Assembly (NCBI GenBank): GCA_964529245.1
Contig: CAZGUS010000001.1
Span: 6,617-70,616, forward strand
DNA: 64,000 bases
Origin: an uncultured Anaerolineaceae bacterium
GTDB taxonomy: Bacteria > Chloroflexota > Limnocylindria > Limnocylindrales > CSP1-4
Reading direction: 5' to 3'
Notes under the pieces: generated by a model
Told to the model about the DNA's origin: nothing
What the model saw: only the letters and a program-made list of their open reading frames with translations
The model's database searches: none
Shown here: piece after piece, positions 47,986-56,969 of the stretch
Numbering within the stretch: position 1 is the first letter of the stretch
Layout: every line of letters starts with the position of its first letter
Made by a program: the position numbers and the translations under genes

Positions 47986-48492
47986 GTGAAGGGAGCCTTC
48001 TCGCTCGTGGGGGCAAAGGACAGATTCGATGCGGAGTACAACAGGTTCTTCTCAGATCTCACGAGGCTCTGCCGGGCTCTCGGTGCTGGCGCCAGCGCCG
48101 AGGACATCGCCCAGGACGCGATTCTCCATGCCCGTGAGCATCAGAACCAGCTCCGCGACGAGTCGAAGCTCGAGCCGTGGCTGCGCCGCATCGCCGCCCG
48201 CCGCACGTTCGAGCACGTGCGCCGCCAGAAGCGCCGCGATGCGGAGGACGCCGTCGTCGCCTTCCTCCCGTCCGATCCTTCTCTCTCGATCGACGTCTCG
48301 GCGGCGATCACCCGCCTGCCGGAGCGCGAGCGCGTTGCCGTCGTCCTGGTCTACGCCCTCGGTTACGAACAGGAAGAGGCCGCCGCAGTGATGAGCGTCA
48401 AGCGCGGAACGGTCGCCACGCTGCTCCACCGCGCCCGCCGCCATCTGGCCGAAGGCCTGGTCGGCTACGCCGCCGAGAAGGACCTGCCGTGA
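47986..48492 (+). CDS. ECF sigma-70 factor
   Basis: Region 2 (FDAEYNRFFSDLTRLCRALG...AEDIAQDAIL) and region 4 (LPERERVAVVLVYALGYEQEEAAAVMSVKRGTVATLLHRAR). The start is uncertain (GTG 47986 or 48007). Confidence 0.7.
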   Translation: MKGAFSLVGAKDRFDAEYNRFFSDLTRLCRALGAGASAEDIAQDAILHAREHQNQLRDESKLEPWLRRIAARRTFEHVRRQKRRDAEDAVVAFLPSDPSLSIDVSAAITRLPERERVAVVLVYALGYEQEEAAAVMSVKRGTVATLLHRARRHLAEGLVGYAAEKDLP

Positions 48493-50111
48493 GCCCCATG
48501 TCCGGCCATGTCTCGTCGGACCGCCTGGGCGAGGCCGCGACTCACGCCGGCCTCGATGTCCTGCCCGAACACGAACGCCGCCACGTCGAGGGTTGCGAGC
48601 GCTGCCGCCGCCTCTACGCCGGCTACCGCCTGACCGATCGGCTCCTCGCCGTGCCCTGGCGCGACGTCAAGCTACCGCCGGCCGCCGTCGCCCGGCCGTC
48701 ACGGCTCGGTGCCGCGGGCGCTTTCCTCCGCGGCCTTGATGCTCGCTCGCTGGCCCCGGCGTTGGCGGCGATCGCGATCGTGGCCCTGATCGGCACGGCG
48801 TTCGCCCTGCCGCAGCTCATCTCCGCTCCGCCCCCGTCGGGCAGCCACTCGCCCGCGGTCTCGAGCGCCGCCTCGCCTTCGCCGTCTGGTAGGCAGACGG
48901 TGTCGCCGTCCGGCCCGGGTCGGTCGGAGCCGTCGCCCGGCGGAGAGCCTGCCGGCCCGGGCTCCTCGTCGACCCCCGGCAGCACGCCGGGCTCGACCGG
49001 ATCGGCCGGCAAGACGACCATCGGCATCACCAAGCTCGGCGGCTCGCCGATCGCTTGGTCGCCGGACGGCGCGCACCTCCTGCTGTGGGGCCCCGGTTCC
49101 GCGCGCCAGCTGTTGATCCGCGACGCGACCGGCCATCTCGTCGGCTCCGTGGCCGCGGATGCCGCCACCTGGGTCAGTTCGACCAGGATCGCCGTCGCCA
49201 GCCACACCTCGGGCGCTTCCCCGAGCGAGTCGGCCGGCAGCGGTCCGGGCCACCGCGGCAACAACGGCGGTCCCAGCCGAAGCGGTGGAAGCGGCGGGGG
49301 CGGCGGGACCGGCGGCGAGACGGTCAGCATCATCGACATTGCCGGCCATACGGTCGGCACGCTGCCGGGCACCTTCGCCCCGGGCGGCGGCCTGTCGAAC
49401 GGCATGCTGGTCGGTAGCGGAACCGGCGAGCTCACGATCGCGAGCCCCGGCGGCTTCGGTTCGTCCGGCTGGAGCTTCGTCCTCTGGAACGGCGCCGTGA
49501 GCGCGGTGCAGGACGGCCTTCCGATCGCCTTCTCGCAGGACGGCCGCAGCCTCGCCGTTCTTCATCCGTGGAGCGCCAGCGGCGGAGCGGTGAGCGGTTG
49601 GCTCGAGATCCTGGCAGTTCCGTCGCTCGACACCGTGGCGTCGTTCACGCACACGAGCCTCCGAGTCGGGACCGGCAGCATGGGCTCGGGCTACAGCTTC
49701 GACGCTGCATTCAGCCCGGCCGGCGGGTACCTGCTGGCCTCGGGAACACTGGTCAATCTCTCGAACGGCGCCACCGTCGCGACCGGCAAGGGCGGCTGGC
49801 TGCCTGACGGCACGCTGGTCACCGCTTCGAACGCCGGGCTGCTGCGCTGGCAGGGCGGCCACTCGAGCGTCGACCCGCGCTTCCCCGGTCAGGGGACCAT
49901 CGAGGTCTCGCGCCACGGCGATCTCATCTACTTCTACGGCGACGGCCGCCCACCGCTTCTTCTGAATGCGGCCGGGTCGCTGGACGCTCTGACTCTGTCG
50001 GGCGTTCGCTCGATCGCGTCTCTTCTCATCTCTCCGAGCGGGCGAGCGATCGCCTTCGACGGCCGGGCCACGGACGGATCGTCGATCACAGCCGTGGCAG
50101 CGCTCCCGTGA
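48489..50111 (+). CDS. Anti-sigma factor with a zinc-binding ASD, one TM helix and an extracytoplasmic beta-propeller (TolB/WD40-like) domain
   Basis: HxxxCxxC (HVEGCERCRRL), a TM helix APALAAIAIVALIGTAFAL, a Ser/Pro/Gly linker, then repeated beta-strand segments. The GTG at 48489 overlaps the sigma stop. Confidence 0.65.
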   Translation: MSPMSGHVSSDRLGEAATHAGLDVLPEHERRHVEGCERCRRLYAGYRLTDRLLAVPWRDVKLPPAAVARPSRLGAAGAFLRGLDARSLAPALAAIAIVALIGTAFALPQLISAPPPSGSHSPAVSSAASPSPSGRQTVSPSGPGRSEPSPGGEPAGPGSSSTPGSTPGSTGSAGKTTIGITKLGGSPIAWSPDGAHLLLWGPGSARQLLIRDATGHLVGSVAADAATWVSSTRIAVASHTSGASPSESAGSGPGHRGNNGGPSRSGGSGGGGGTGGETVSIIDIAGHTVGTLPGTFAPGGGLSNGMLVGSGTGELTIASPGGFGSSGWSFVLWNGAVSAVQDGLPIAFSQDGRSLAVLHPWSASGGAVSGWLEILAVPSLDTVASFTHTSLRVGTGSMGSGYSFDAAFSPAGGYLLASGTLVNLSNGATVATGKGGWLPDGTLVTASNAGLLRWQGGHSSVDPRFPGQGTIEVSRHGDLIYFYGDGRPPLLLNAAGSLDALTLSGVRSIASLLISPSGRAIAFDGRATDGSSITAVAALP

Positions 50112-50224
50112 GGCGCGGTGGCTACCGGCGCCCTTGAATTGCGGCCGACACCACAGGTCGCGAATTGAAAACCAGCTCACCAGGCCACCCACCACCACAC
50201 ATCTCGTCAAACGGAGGAGTCCAA

Positions 50225-51325
50225 ATGAAGCACCGAAACCGAAACACGCTGGCGGCGTTGCTCGCCGCCGGCCTGCTCGTCCTTTCGGCCGCGGGCAGCA
50301 CCGCCCTGGCGCACGGCCCAGGCGGTTGGGGAGGGCCGGGCTTCGGCAATCACGACCCGGGCAAGGCCCACTCGAGCGGCGCGCCGACGCAGAAGGCGAA
50401 GCCGAGCAACGACATCAAGGTCCCGGGCCCAAACTGGCACCTCCCGACCGCCGGCGACTGCGCCAAGGTCCCGACCCCGAGCAGTTCGCCGACCCCGAGC
50501 GCCTCTACCGGAGCGACCGCGGACAAAGCCACGTCGAACGGCAAGGGCGGCGGCTTCGGCCTCGCAATGTCGAAGATCGCGGAGAGCTGGGGCCGAGCCC
50601 TCGACGCGACGGTCAAGGCGCAGTTGTGCTCCGTCCAGGGGATCCAGACCTCGGGCGACAAGAAGATCGCCTCGCTGATCAAGTCGCTGCAGGCGCTCGA
50701 CGTCCGCGTCGGCAAGATCACGGGTCTTACATCGTCGGATCAGGCCGTGCTCACCGGTGAGATAGACGGTCTGGTCGGCGACCTGAACGCGCTCAAGACC
50801 AAGCTCGGCGCCGAGACGACACTGGCGGGAGCCCAGGCCGATCTCGTCACGCTCTCGGGCGACGGCAAGTACGCTCGCTCGATCGGCTATCAGGTGAGGC
50901 TCATCGACTTCGCCGAGAACGCCATCGGACAGGGCACCAAGCTCAGTGCTCTCTCTACGACGCTGGCCGGTCAGATCGCCGCTGCGCCTTCCGGCATCGA
51001 TACCGCCGGCGCCCAGACGTATCTGACGGACATGACCTCGAAGGTTGCCGCAGCCGAAACGCTGGCCGGTCCGGTGCCGGCGCTCCTGCTGGCCCTCACG
51101 CCCGCTCAGGTGCAGGCGGGCAAGGGCGATCCGACGCTCGCCAAGGCGGGCATGGATCTGTGGCAGGCTTCATTCGACCTGTGGAAGGCCCGCCAGGACG
51201 GCCGCATCGTTACCTGGATCCTGGCCGGCAAGCCCGACTCCGACGGTCACAAGGACAAGTCGCCGTCGCCCTCGATCACGCCGGTTCCTTCACCCACAGC
51301 CGCTCCGACCGCTACCCCGGTCTGA
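50225..51325 (+). CDS. Secreted hypothetical protein
   Basis: Signal peptide MKHRNRNTLAALLAAGLLVLSAAGSTALA. RBS GGAGGAG. Pro/Ser-rich C-terminus. Confidence 0.55.
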   Translation: MKHRNRNTLAALLAAGLLVLSAAGSTALAHGPGGWGGPGFGNHDPGKAHSSGAPTQKAKPSNDIKVPGPNWHLPTAGDCAKVPTPSSSPTPSASTGATADKATSNGKGGGFGLAMSKIAESWGRALDATVKAQLCSVQGIQTSGDKKIASLIKSLQALDVRVGKITGLTSSDQAVLTGEIDGLVGDLNALKTKLGAETTLAGAQADLVTLSGDGKYARSIGYQVRLIDFAENAIGQGTKLSALSTTLAGQIAAAPSGIDTAGAQTYLTDMTSKVAAAETLAGPVPALLLALTPAQVQAGKGDPTLAKAGMDLWQASFDLWKARQDGRIVTWILAGKPDSDGHKDKSPSPSITPVPSPTAAPTATPV

Positions 51326-51359
51326 GCAATCGCGCCGGGTCCCGTCCCGGCACCCGTCA

Positions 51360-51389
51360 CGCCGCCACCAGGTCCCTCGGGTGGCGGCG
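51360..51389. terminator. Hairpin between convergent genes
   Basis: CGCCGCCACC-(10 nt)-GGTGGCGGCG perfect 10-bp stem. Confidence 0.4.
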
Positions 51390-51442
51390 TGACTGTGTCC
51401 GGCGCGTGGCCGAGTGATTGTGTCCGGCGCGCGGCGGCGTGG

Positions 51443-51862
51443 CTACGCCAGGAACTTCTCGAGCGACTTTTCGTCCGCGGCCGAGAGGCTGCCGTCGCGC
51501 GACTTCAGCTCGAGCTCGGGAGCGCCGGTCTTGCCGGCAAGAGCGGCCCGCATCTTCGCGAACTGGCTGCCGGTGGCCAGCTTGTAGGTCGTGAAGAGCG
51601 CGACGCGCGGACCTCTTGATTCCGGCATGTCTCTCACGAAGGCCAGCCACGGTTCGTCGGGATGCTGGCGGACGAGGAACAGGCCGCTGGTCCAGCAGCC
51701 CAGAAGCAGGTAGTCGGCGCCCCCGACGCTGGCGAAGTCGCAGTCGCCCACGGACGCGACGCTGGTCACGATCCCGAGTCCTTCGAGGTACCGGCCGATC
51801 GCCTCGCCGTACCGGCGCGTCACGCCCGAGTGGCTGCGATAGACCACGACCGCCCTTTTCAA
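51443..51862 (-). CDS. Flavodoxin-like domain protein
   Basis: VVVYRSHSGVTRRYGEAI...LLLGCWTSG flavodoxin pattern. The TTG at 51862 is preceded by GGAGAT. The ATG at 51946 is the alternative start. Confidence 0.6.
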   Translation of the reverse strand: MKRAVVVYRSHSGVTRRYGEAIGRYLEGLGIVTSVASVGDCDFASVGGADYLLLGCWTSGLFLVRQHPDEPWLAFVRDMPESRGPRVALFTTYKLATGSQFAKMRAALAGKTGAPELELKSRDGSLSAADEKSLEKFLA

Positions 51863-52012
51863 TCCCGATCTCCTCGTCCAGGTCCGATTTCGCCACAGGC
51901 TCGCCGTGGCCGCCGTCTCGGAACAGTGCCGTCGGTCACAGTCCATCTGACCCTTCGCCGCGGCGACGCCGAGTGCGAAACTTCCCATGACGACCACGGC
52001 TAAGGGGACCGA

Positions 52013-52477
52013 ATGACGACCAAGAAGCAGATCGACGACTTCCTCGCCCTCAAGCGCATCGCCTTCGTGGGCGTTTCGCACAACCCCAGTGAGTTCTCGT
52101 ACGCGCTGTGGCAGGAGTTCCGCCAGCGCCGGTACCAGGCCATTCCCGTCAACCCGATCGTGGCCACCCTCGACGGGCAGGACTGCTACAAGCGGGTCCA
52201 GGAGATCAAGCCGGCCGTCGACGGCGTGCTGATCATGACCTCGTCCAAGGCCACCGAGCAGATCGTCCACGACTGCGCCGAGGCCGGCGTGAAGCATGTC
52301 TGGATGTACAAGGGCATTGCCGCCGGCGCCGTGAACAAGGCCGCCGTCGCCTTCTGCGAGGCCAACGGCATCGACGTCGTGGAGGGCTTCTGCCCGTACA
52401 TGTTCTTCAAGGGCACGCCTTTCTTCCACTCGCCGCACCGCTGGGTCAAGAAGCTCACCGGCAGCTACCCCGGCTAG
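52013..52477 (+). CDS. CoA-binding domain protein (YccU-like)
   Basis: IAFVGVSHNP...YQAIPVNP...VDGVLIMTSS...VKHVWM pattern. Confidence 0.7.
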   Translation: MTTKKQIDDFLALKRIAFVGVSHNPSEFSYALWQEFRQRRYQAIPVNPIVATLDGQDCYKRVQEIKPAVDGVLIMTSSKATEQIVHDCAEAGVKHVWMYKGIAAGAVNKAAVAFCEANGIDVVEGFCPYMFFKGTPFFHSPHRWVKKLTGSYPG

Positions 52478-52558
52478 CGTCCACCGCGGGCCGCCGCGTC
52501 CGGCGCCGAGTCGGCGGCCGCGTCCGGCGCGGAATCGCCGGCTGCTACGCTTTTCGCC

Positions 52559-53419
52559 ATGAGCGACTTCCTCGGCGGGGCGAACGGGCGGATCGTGCTC
52601 GCCGACAACCTGGACGTGCTCGTTTCGCTGCCCGACGATTCGATCGATCTCGTATACATCGACCCGCCGTTCAACACGGGCAAACGACAGACGCTGCGCA
52701 CGCTGCGGACCGTCCACGATGAGGCTGCGGGCGATCGCACCGGCTTCGGCGGGCGGCGCTATCGAACCATCGAGCTCGGCGCGCAGAGCTACCTGGACGT
52801 CCACGACGACTACCTGGACTTCCTCGAGCCGCGTCTGATCGAGATCAGGCGCGTGCTCCGCCCGACCGGCAGCCTGTATCTCCATCTCGACTATCGAGAA
52901 GTCCACTACGCCAAGGTGCTGTGCGACGCCCTGTTCGGGCGGGAGTGCTTCCTCAACGAGGTGATCTGGGCATACGACTACGGCGCCCGAACGAAGCGGC
53001 GGTGGCCGGCCAAGCACGACGACATTCTCGTCTACGTCAAGGATCCGGCGCGCTACTGGTTCGACGCGGAGGCGGTGGGGAGGATCCCGTACATGGCTCC
53101 GGGCCTGGTCGGGCCGGAGAAGGCGGCCCGCGGCAAGCTCCCGACGGATACCTGGTGGCAGACGATCGTGCCGCCCGGCGGCACCGAACGGACCGGCTAT
53201 CCCACCCAGAAGCCCGTGGCCGTGCTGCGGCGCATCGTCTCGGCCTCGTGCCCCGCCGGGGGAGTGGTGGCTGATTTCTTCGCCGGCAGCGGCACGACCG
53301 GCGCGGCCGCCTTCGAATTGGGTCGGCGCTTTCTCCTCGTGGACTCGAACCCGCAGGCGGTCGCGGTGATGCGGCGCCGCCTGGGCGGAGTGGCGGGCGT
53401 GGAGTTCGTGGGGGAGTAG
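52559..53419 (+). CDS. Beta-class N6-adenine/N4-cytosine DNA methyltransferase (orphan: no restriction endonuclease gene adjacent)
   Basis: Motif IV DPPF (VYIDPPFNTG) at the N-terminus and an FxGxG-type motif I (DFFAGSGTTGAAA) at the C-terminus, which is the beta-class order. Confidence 0.8.
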   Translation: MSDFLGGANGRIVLADNLDVLVSLPDDSIDLVYIDPPFNTGKRQTLRTLRTVHDEAAGDRTGFGGRRYRTIELGAQSYLDVHDDYLDFLEPRLIEIRRVLRPTGSLYLHLDYREVHYAKVLCDALFGRECFLNEVIWAYDYGARTKRRWPAKHDDILVYVKDPARYWFDAEAVGRIPYMAPGLVGPEKAARGKLPTDTWWQTIVPPGGTERTGYPTQKPVAVLRRIVSASCPAGGVVADFFAGSGTTGAAAFELGRRFLLVDSNPQAVAVMRRRLGGVAGVEFVGE

Positions 53420-53480
53420 CTCGCGTCGCCGCGTTAGCACCGTGCCGCGCGGCCGACGTCCGCGCCGGCCGGCTCTGAGC

Positions 53481-53918
53481 TCAGCGGATCCGCGGTGCCG
53501 CGTCGGCGAGTTCCAGCATGACGCTCGGATCTGTGGCCAGCCTGTCCACGGCCGAGCGGGCGGAGGCGAGCCGGATGTCGAGTTCCACCAGCAACTCGGT
53601 GACGTCGATGCCTTCGGACACGCCCCGGCCGGGATCCAGCCGTTTCGAAGTCTCGAGGTGCTTTCGCGCTCCCTCCAGATTGCGGGTCAACCCGATCGGG
53701 TTGCCGCGGACGGCGTGGACGTAGCCGGCGGCGAGCTTGATCAGGCCCTGATACAGCGCCCGCTCGGCCAGGTCGTCGGTGCCCATCCAGGCCGGCTCGA
53801 GCAACTCGTGGGCCTCGAAGAAGTCGCCGCGTTCGAAGGCCGCGATGCCGTCTTCGAGGGCCTCGTGGCGCCGATCCGCCGGCAGCGGTCGATATGCCTT
53901 GGCCCTGTCGCCCTGCAT
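53481..53918 (-). CDS. DUF309 domain protein
   Basis: GDFFEAHELLEPAW signature. Confidence 0.6.
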   Translation of the reverse strand: MQGDRAKAYRPLPADRRHEALEDGIAAFERGDFFEAHELLEPAWMGTDDLAERALYQGLIKLAAGYVHAVRGNPIGLTRNLEGARKHLETSKRLDPGRGVSEGIDVTELLVELDIRLASARSAVDRLATDPSVMLELADAAPRIR

Positions 53919-53986
53919 GATGGTGCCCGGCCTGGCCCGCTCGGGGCGACCAGAATCGGCCGGGAACGGCGCCGACGGATCGTTCG

Positions 53987-54424
53987 TCAGAACAGGTCCT
54001 CCAGCCGGCGGCGCGAATCGAAGCCTTCGTTTGTCTCGTGCCACCAGCCGATCTCGGGCTCGCCGAGCCGCCAGCACAGCCAGATCGGACGGCCCGAAAC
54101 CAGCGCCGGGAAGTCCACCAGCCCGGTCTCGATCTGGCGCAGGCGGATGCCCCAGAAGTCGATCTGCGCGGCGCCTGCCTGCATCTGGTCGACCATGCCC
54201 TGCAGCCTGAGCCGGAGCAGCCGCGTCTCCTCGTCCACCTCCGCGCGGCGGGCCGCGCCCGGAGCCGAGCCCGTCGCCGCCGCGATCGCCCACGGCGCGT
54301 TCAACTCGACGATCCGATCGCGCAGGGCGATCACCTCGGACCGAAGCCCGCGCAGCATGATCAGTGTCTCGCGCAGCTCGGGCAGTATCGCGTTGGCGCG
54401 GTCGATGTCGTAGAAGTCGGGCAT
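53987..54424 (-). CDS. Hypothetical protein (DUF2203-like)
   Basis: GC3-biased ORF. The family assignment is by recollection only. Confidence 0.45.
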   Translation of the reverse strand: MPDFYDIDRANAILPELRETLIMLRGLRSEVIALRDRIVELNAPWAIAAATGSAPGAARRAEVDEETRLLRLRLQGMVDQMQAGAAQIDFWGIRLRQIETGLVDFPALVSGRPIWLCWRLGEPEIGWWHETNEGFDSRRRLEDLF

Positions 54425-54517
54425 GGCGGCATGGTAGCGGTGCGGCCGTTCGACTTCAGCGGCCCATTCGGGCGGCGCGCAGTCTGGGACTCGCCGGCGT
54501 CCCGCCGGCCACGTGCG

Positions 54518-54582
54518 CTGCGGCGCGGCCCGCCTACGGTCTGCGGCGCGGCCCGCCTACGGTTCGCGGCGCGGCCGGCGCC
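54518..54582. repeat. 23-bp direct repeat CTGCGGCGCGGCCCGCCTACGGT present twice, plus a partial third copy
   Basis: Exact tandem duplication at 54518-54540 and 54541-54563, degenerate third copy to 54582. It lies in the upstream region of the gene at 53987-54424. Confidence 0.8.
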
Positions 54583-54593
54583 TCTCGAATGGT

Positions 54594-56969
54594 CTAGCGC
54601 GCTTCGACCGCGGCCAGTCGCTCGCGGAGGCGGCGCAGCCGATCGGGCCGTTCCCGGACGAATCGTTCGATGGCCTCGAGGATGTGCCCCGAATCCAGGT
54701 GCGCTTCCTCCATGACCTCCTCGATCGACCCGCCGGTCCGCCAGCGGTCGTCCCAGTCGGAGCTGAGCGAGTACTCGTGCACGATCGGATCGTCGGCCCA
54801 GTCGCGCATCAGCTTGTAGGCGCCGTTGGTGATGACCATCGAGTCGACCCGGTCCGCGGCCTCCACCGTGGCGGCGCGGTAGGCGGCGTCCTGTCGGGCG
54901 AAGAGCTGAGGGCTGATCGCGGCCACGATCTTGACGTTGAGCCCGAGCCGGTCGAGCTCGGGCAGGACGTTCACGAGATTGGCCGTCGTCATCGTGCCGC
55001 GGACGAAGATGGTGCCGGCGCGTGGCTCCTTCTCACGGAACGGCCGCATGACGTAGGCCCCGCGCGCCGCCGCGAAGTGGCCCGGCATCCCGAGCGCGGC
55101 GCGGTCCGGGATCTCGATCGGCGGCCGGGTCAGGTGCAGAGCCACGATCGGCACGTCGGTGGCGAACGCCGCCGCCAGAACCACCGGCACTTCGTTGTAC
55201 TCCCAGGGATGCAGGTCGATGACGTGTCCCTCGGGGAAGAGCTGCGTCACCCCGGGCGCGAACACGCCGAAATGCGTGCGCGAGTCCTCGGCCGTCTCCG
55301 GCCCGGAATGGCCGGCCACGTACAGCACCTTGCCGACGCGCAGGTCGCCGTCCTGGGCGAGCTGGCTGAACAGGCGCAGCGGGCCGTACTTGAGGTAGCT
55401 GAAGGAGGCGTAGGTGGAGCACGCGCCCCAGAAGCCCTCGAACCGCTCGAAGGGATCCTCCGCGAAGTTGACCGAGGCCAGACCGGCCATCATGCCGGCG
55501 TTGGTGAATTCGGTGATCTCCGTCGGGAGAAGCGCCCCGGTCGGGTTCGAGTCGCGCTCGAAGTTGCCGAAACCGGGCATGTCCCCGAACGCTTTTGCGA
55601 AGCCGGCGATGTTGGTCGACTCGGCCAGGTCCGCGGAGCAGGCGATGAACAGAGGCCGGCCCAGGTCTCGCTTCGCGACGGCGTTGACGTAGGAGCCCCA
55701 GGTCCCGAGCGCGGCGCGGTTGGGCTGCCTGTCGCCAGGTTTGCGCCACATCGTGTCGGGGTAGCGCTCGAAGTCGAAGATGGCCGGCTCGGGCGTGGAC
55801 CCAGGCCGCAGGCGCAGGCCTTCCACCTCGGCCGGCACGGTCGCGGCGATCTCGAGCAGCCGATCCGAGAGCCAGTCCACGAGCTTCCTGTCGCGCCTCA
55901 GGACGCTCATCGCGACCCGGAAATTGGCCTCCGCCTGCGCCGCGATGGCCGCGGCGTCGGCCGGAGCCGGCTCGTCGACGCCCTCGTACTGCACGCCGTA
56001 GCGGGCCATGAATTCCTTGCGGGCGGCCCAGAATTCAGGGGCGTCGAGCTTGTGCGGAACGCCGTGGCTGGCAGCGTCCAGCTTGCCGTAGCCGCGGCCC
56101 TTGCGCGTCCGGAACCAGGCCATGCTCGGTGCCTGGGCCGGGTTGTCGCCGCGGCTGGCGTCGAGAACGGCCCGCGTGACCGGACCCCACGCCATGCCTT
56201 CGGCGGTGCCGTTGACCCGCCAGCCGTAAGGCGCGAACCAGTCTTCGGGCGTCCCGTGCACGACCGCCGAGGCCGGCCGTTCATCGATGCCGAAGTCGTT
56301 CCAGTCGACCAGGAAGACCAGGTTGGAGAGCCCCAGCCCCCAGGCCGAGTTCTTGGTCTCATGGGCGGCGCCGGGGGTCAAGCCGCCCTCGCCCTCCACG
56401 ACGAACACCTTGACCTGGTCGGCGCCCGCCAGCTTGAGAGCCAGAGCCTCGCCCGCCGCAAACGGCATGCCGTGGCCCGAGGGCCCCGTGTTGGCCTTGA
56501 GGAAGAGCGTTCGGCCGGACATCTCGGCGTGCCCGGGCAGACCGCCGCGGTGGCGCAGGCCGAGCAGGTGTTCCCACGTCAGGGCGAAGCGGCCGTCTTC
56601 GGGGAAGGCGAAACGGGGATCTCCGGTTTGCTCGGCCCGGGCGCGGAGCCCTTCGTTGAAGACGGCGAGAGTGGCGTAGACAAGCGGCACGACGTGGCCC
56701 GCGGAGAGCACGAACCGATCGCCGAACCGAAGCCAGGGGCGTCGGATGTCCCAGCGCATCGCCCCCGACAGGAGCAGCGCGACGAGCATGTGGACCTTGG
56801 ACCGCGAGCCGCCGGGATGCCCGCTCTGGCGGTAGTTGAGCTCCAGGTCGATGCACTCGTCGATCAGGTCCTTGAGGACCTCGTAGTGCGGGAAGTCACG
56901 CTCGGCGGCCGCGAGGAGCGCCTCCGGCGTGGGCCCGGCCGAACTCGAGGCGAACTCGTCTACCGTCAT
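54594..56969 (-). CDS. Transketolase-like thiamine-diphosphate-dependent enzyme
   Basis: TK N-terminal motifs (SGHPGG...DRFVLSAGH) and a TPP-binding GDG-like region TGPSGHG, with insertions. The ATG at 56969 forms an ATGA overlap with the upstream aminotransferase stop. Confidence 0.65.
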   Translation of the reverse strand: MTVDEFASSSAGPTPEALLAAAERDFPHYEVLKDLIDECIDLELNYRQSGHPGGSRSKVHMLVALLLSGAMRWDIRRPWLRFGDRFVLSAGHVVPLVYATLAVFNEGLRARAEQTGDPRFAFPEDGRFALTWEHLLGLRHRGGLPGHAEMSGRTLFLKANTGPSGHGMPFAAGEALALKLAGADQVKVFVVEGEGGLTPGAAHETKNSAWGLGLSNLVFLVDWNDFGIDERPASAVVHGTPEDWFAPYGWRVNGTAEGMAWGPVTRAVLDASRGDNPAQAPSMAWFRTRKGRGYGKLDAASHGVPHKLDAPEFWAARKEFMARYGVQYEGVDEPAPADAAAIAAQAEANFRVAMSVLRRDRKLVDWLSDRLLEIAATVPAEVEGLRLRPGSTPEPAIFDFERYPDTMWRKPGDRQPNRAALGTWGSYVNAVAKRDLGRPLFIACSADLAESTNIAGFAKAFGDMPGFGNFERDSNPTGALLPTEITEFTNAGMMAGLASVNFAEDPFERFEGFWGACSTYASFSYLKYGPLRLFSQLAQDGDLRVGKVLYVAGHSGPETAEDSRTHFGVFAPGVTQLFPEGHVIDLHPWEYNEVPVVLAAAFATDVPIVALHLTRPPIEIPDRAALGMPGHFAAARGAYVMRPFREKEPRAGTIFVRGTMTTANLVNVLPELDRLGLNVKIVAAISPQLFARQDAAYRAATVEAADRVDSMVITNGAYKLMRDWADDPIVHEYSLSSDWDDRWRTGGSIEEVMEEAHLDSGHILEAIERFVRERPDRLRRLRERLAAVEAR

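Noticed and set aside
48699-50210. 503-aa minus-strand ORF opposite the anti-sigma gene
   Set aside because: Antisense artefact of the Gly/Ser-rich region.
51947-53440. Upstream 500 codons of the 665-aa minus-strand ORF that ends in the flavodoxin gene
   Set aside because: Only the last roughly 140 codons (flavodoxin) have coding character and an RBS. The remainder is antisense to the CoA-binding and MTase genes.
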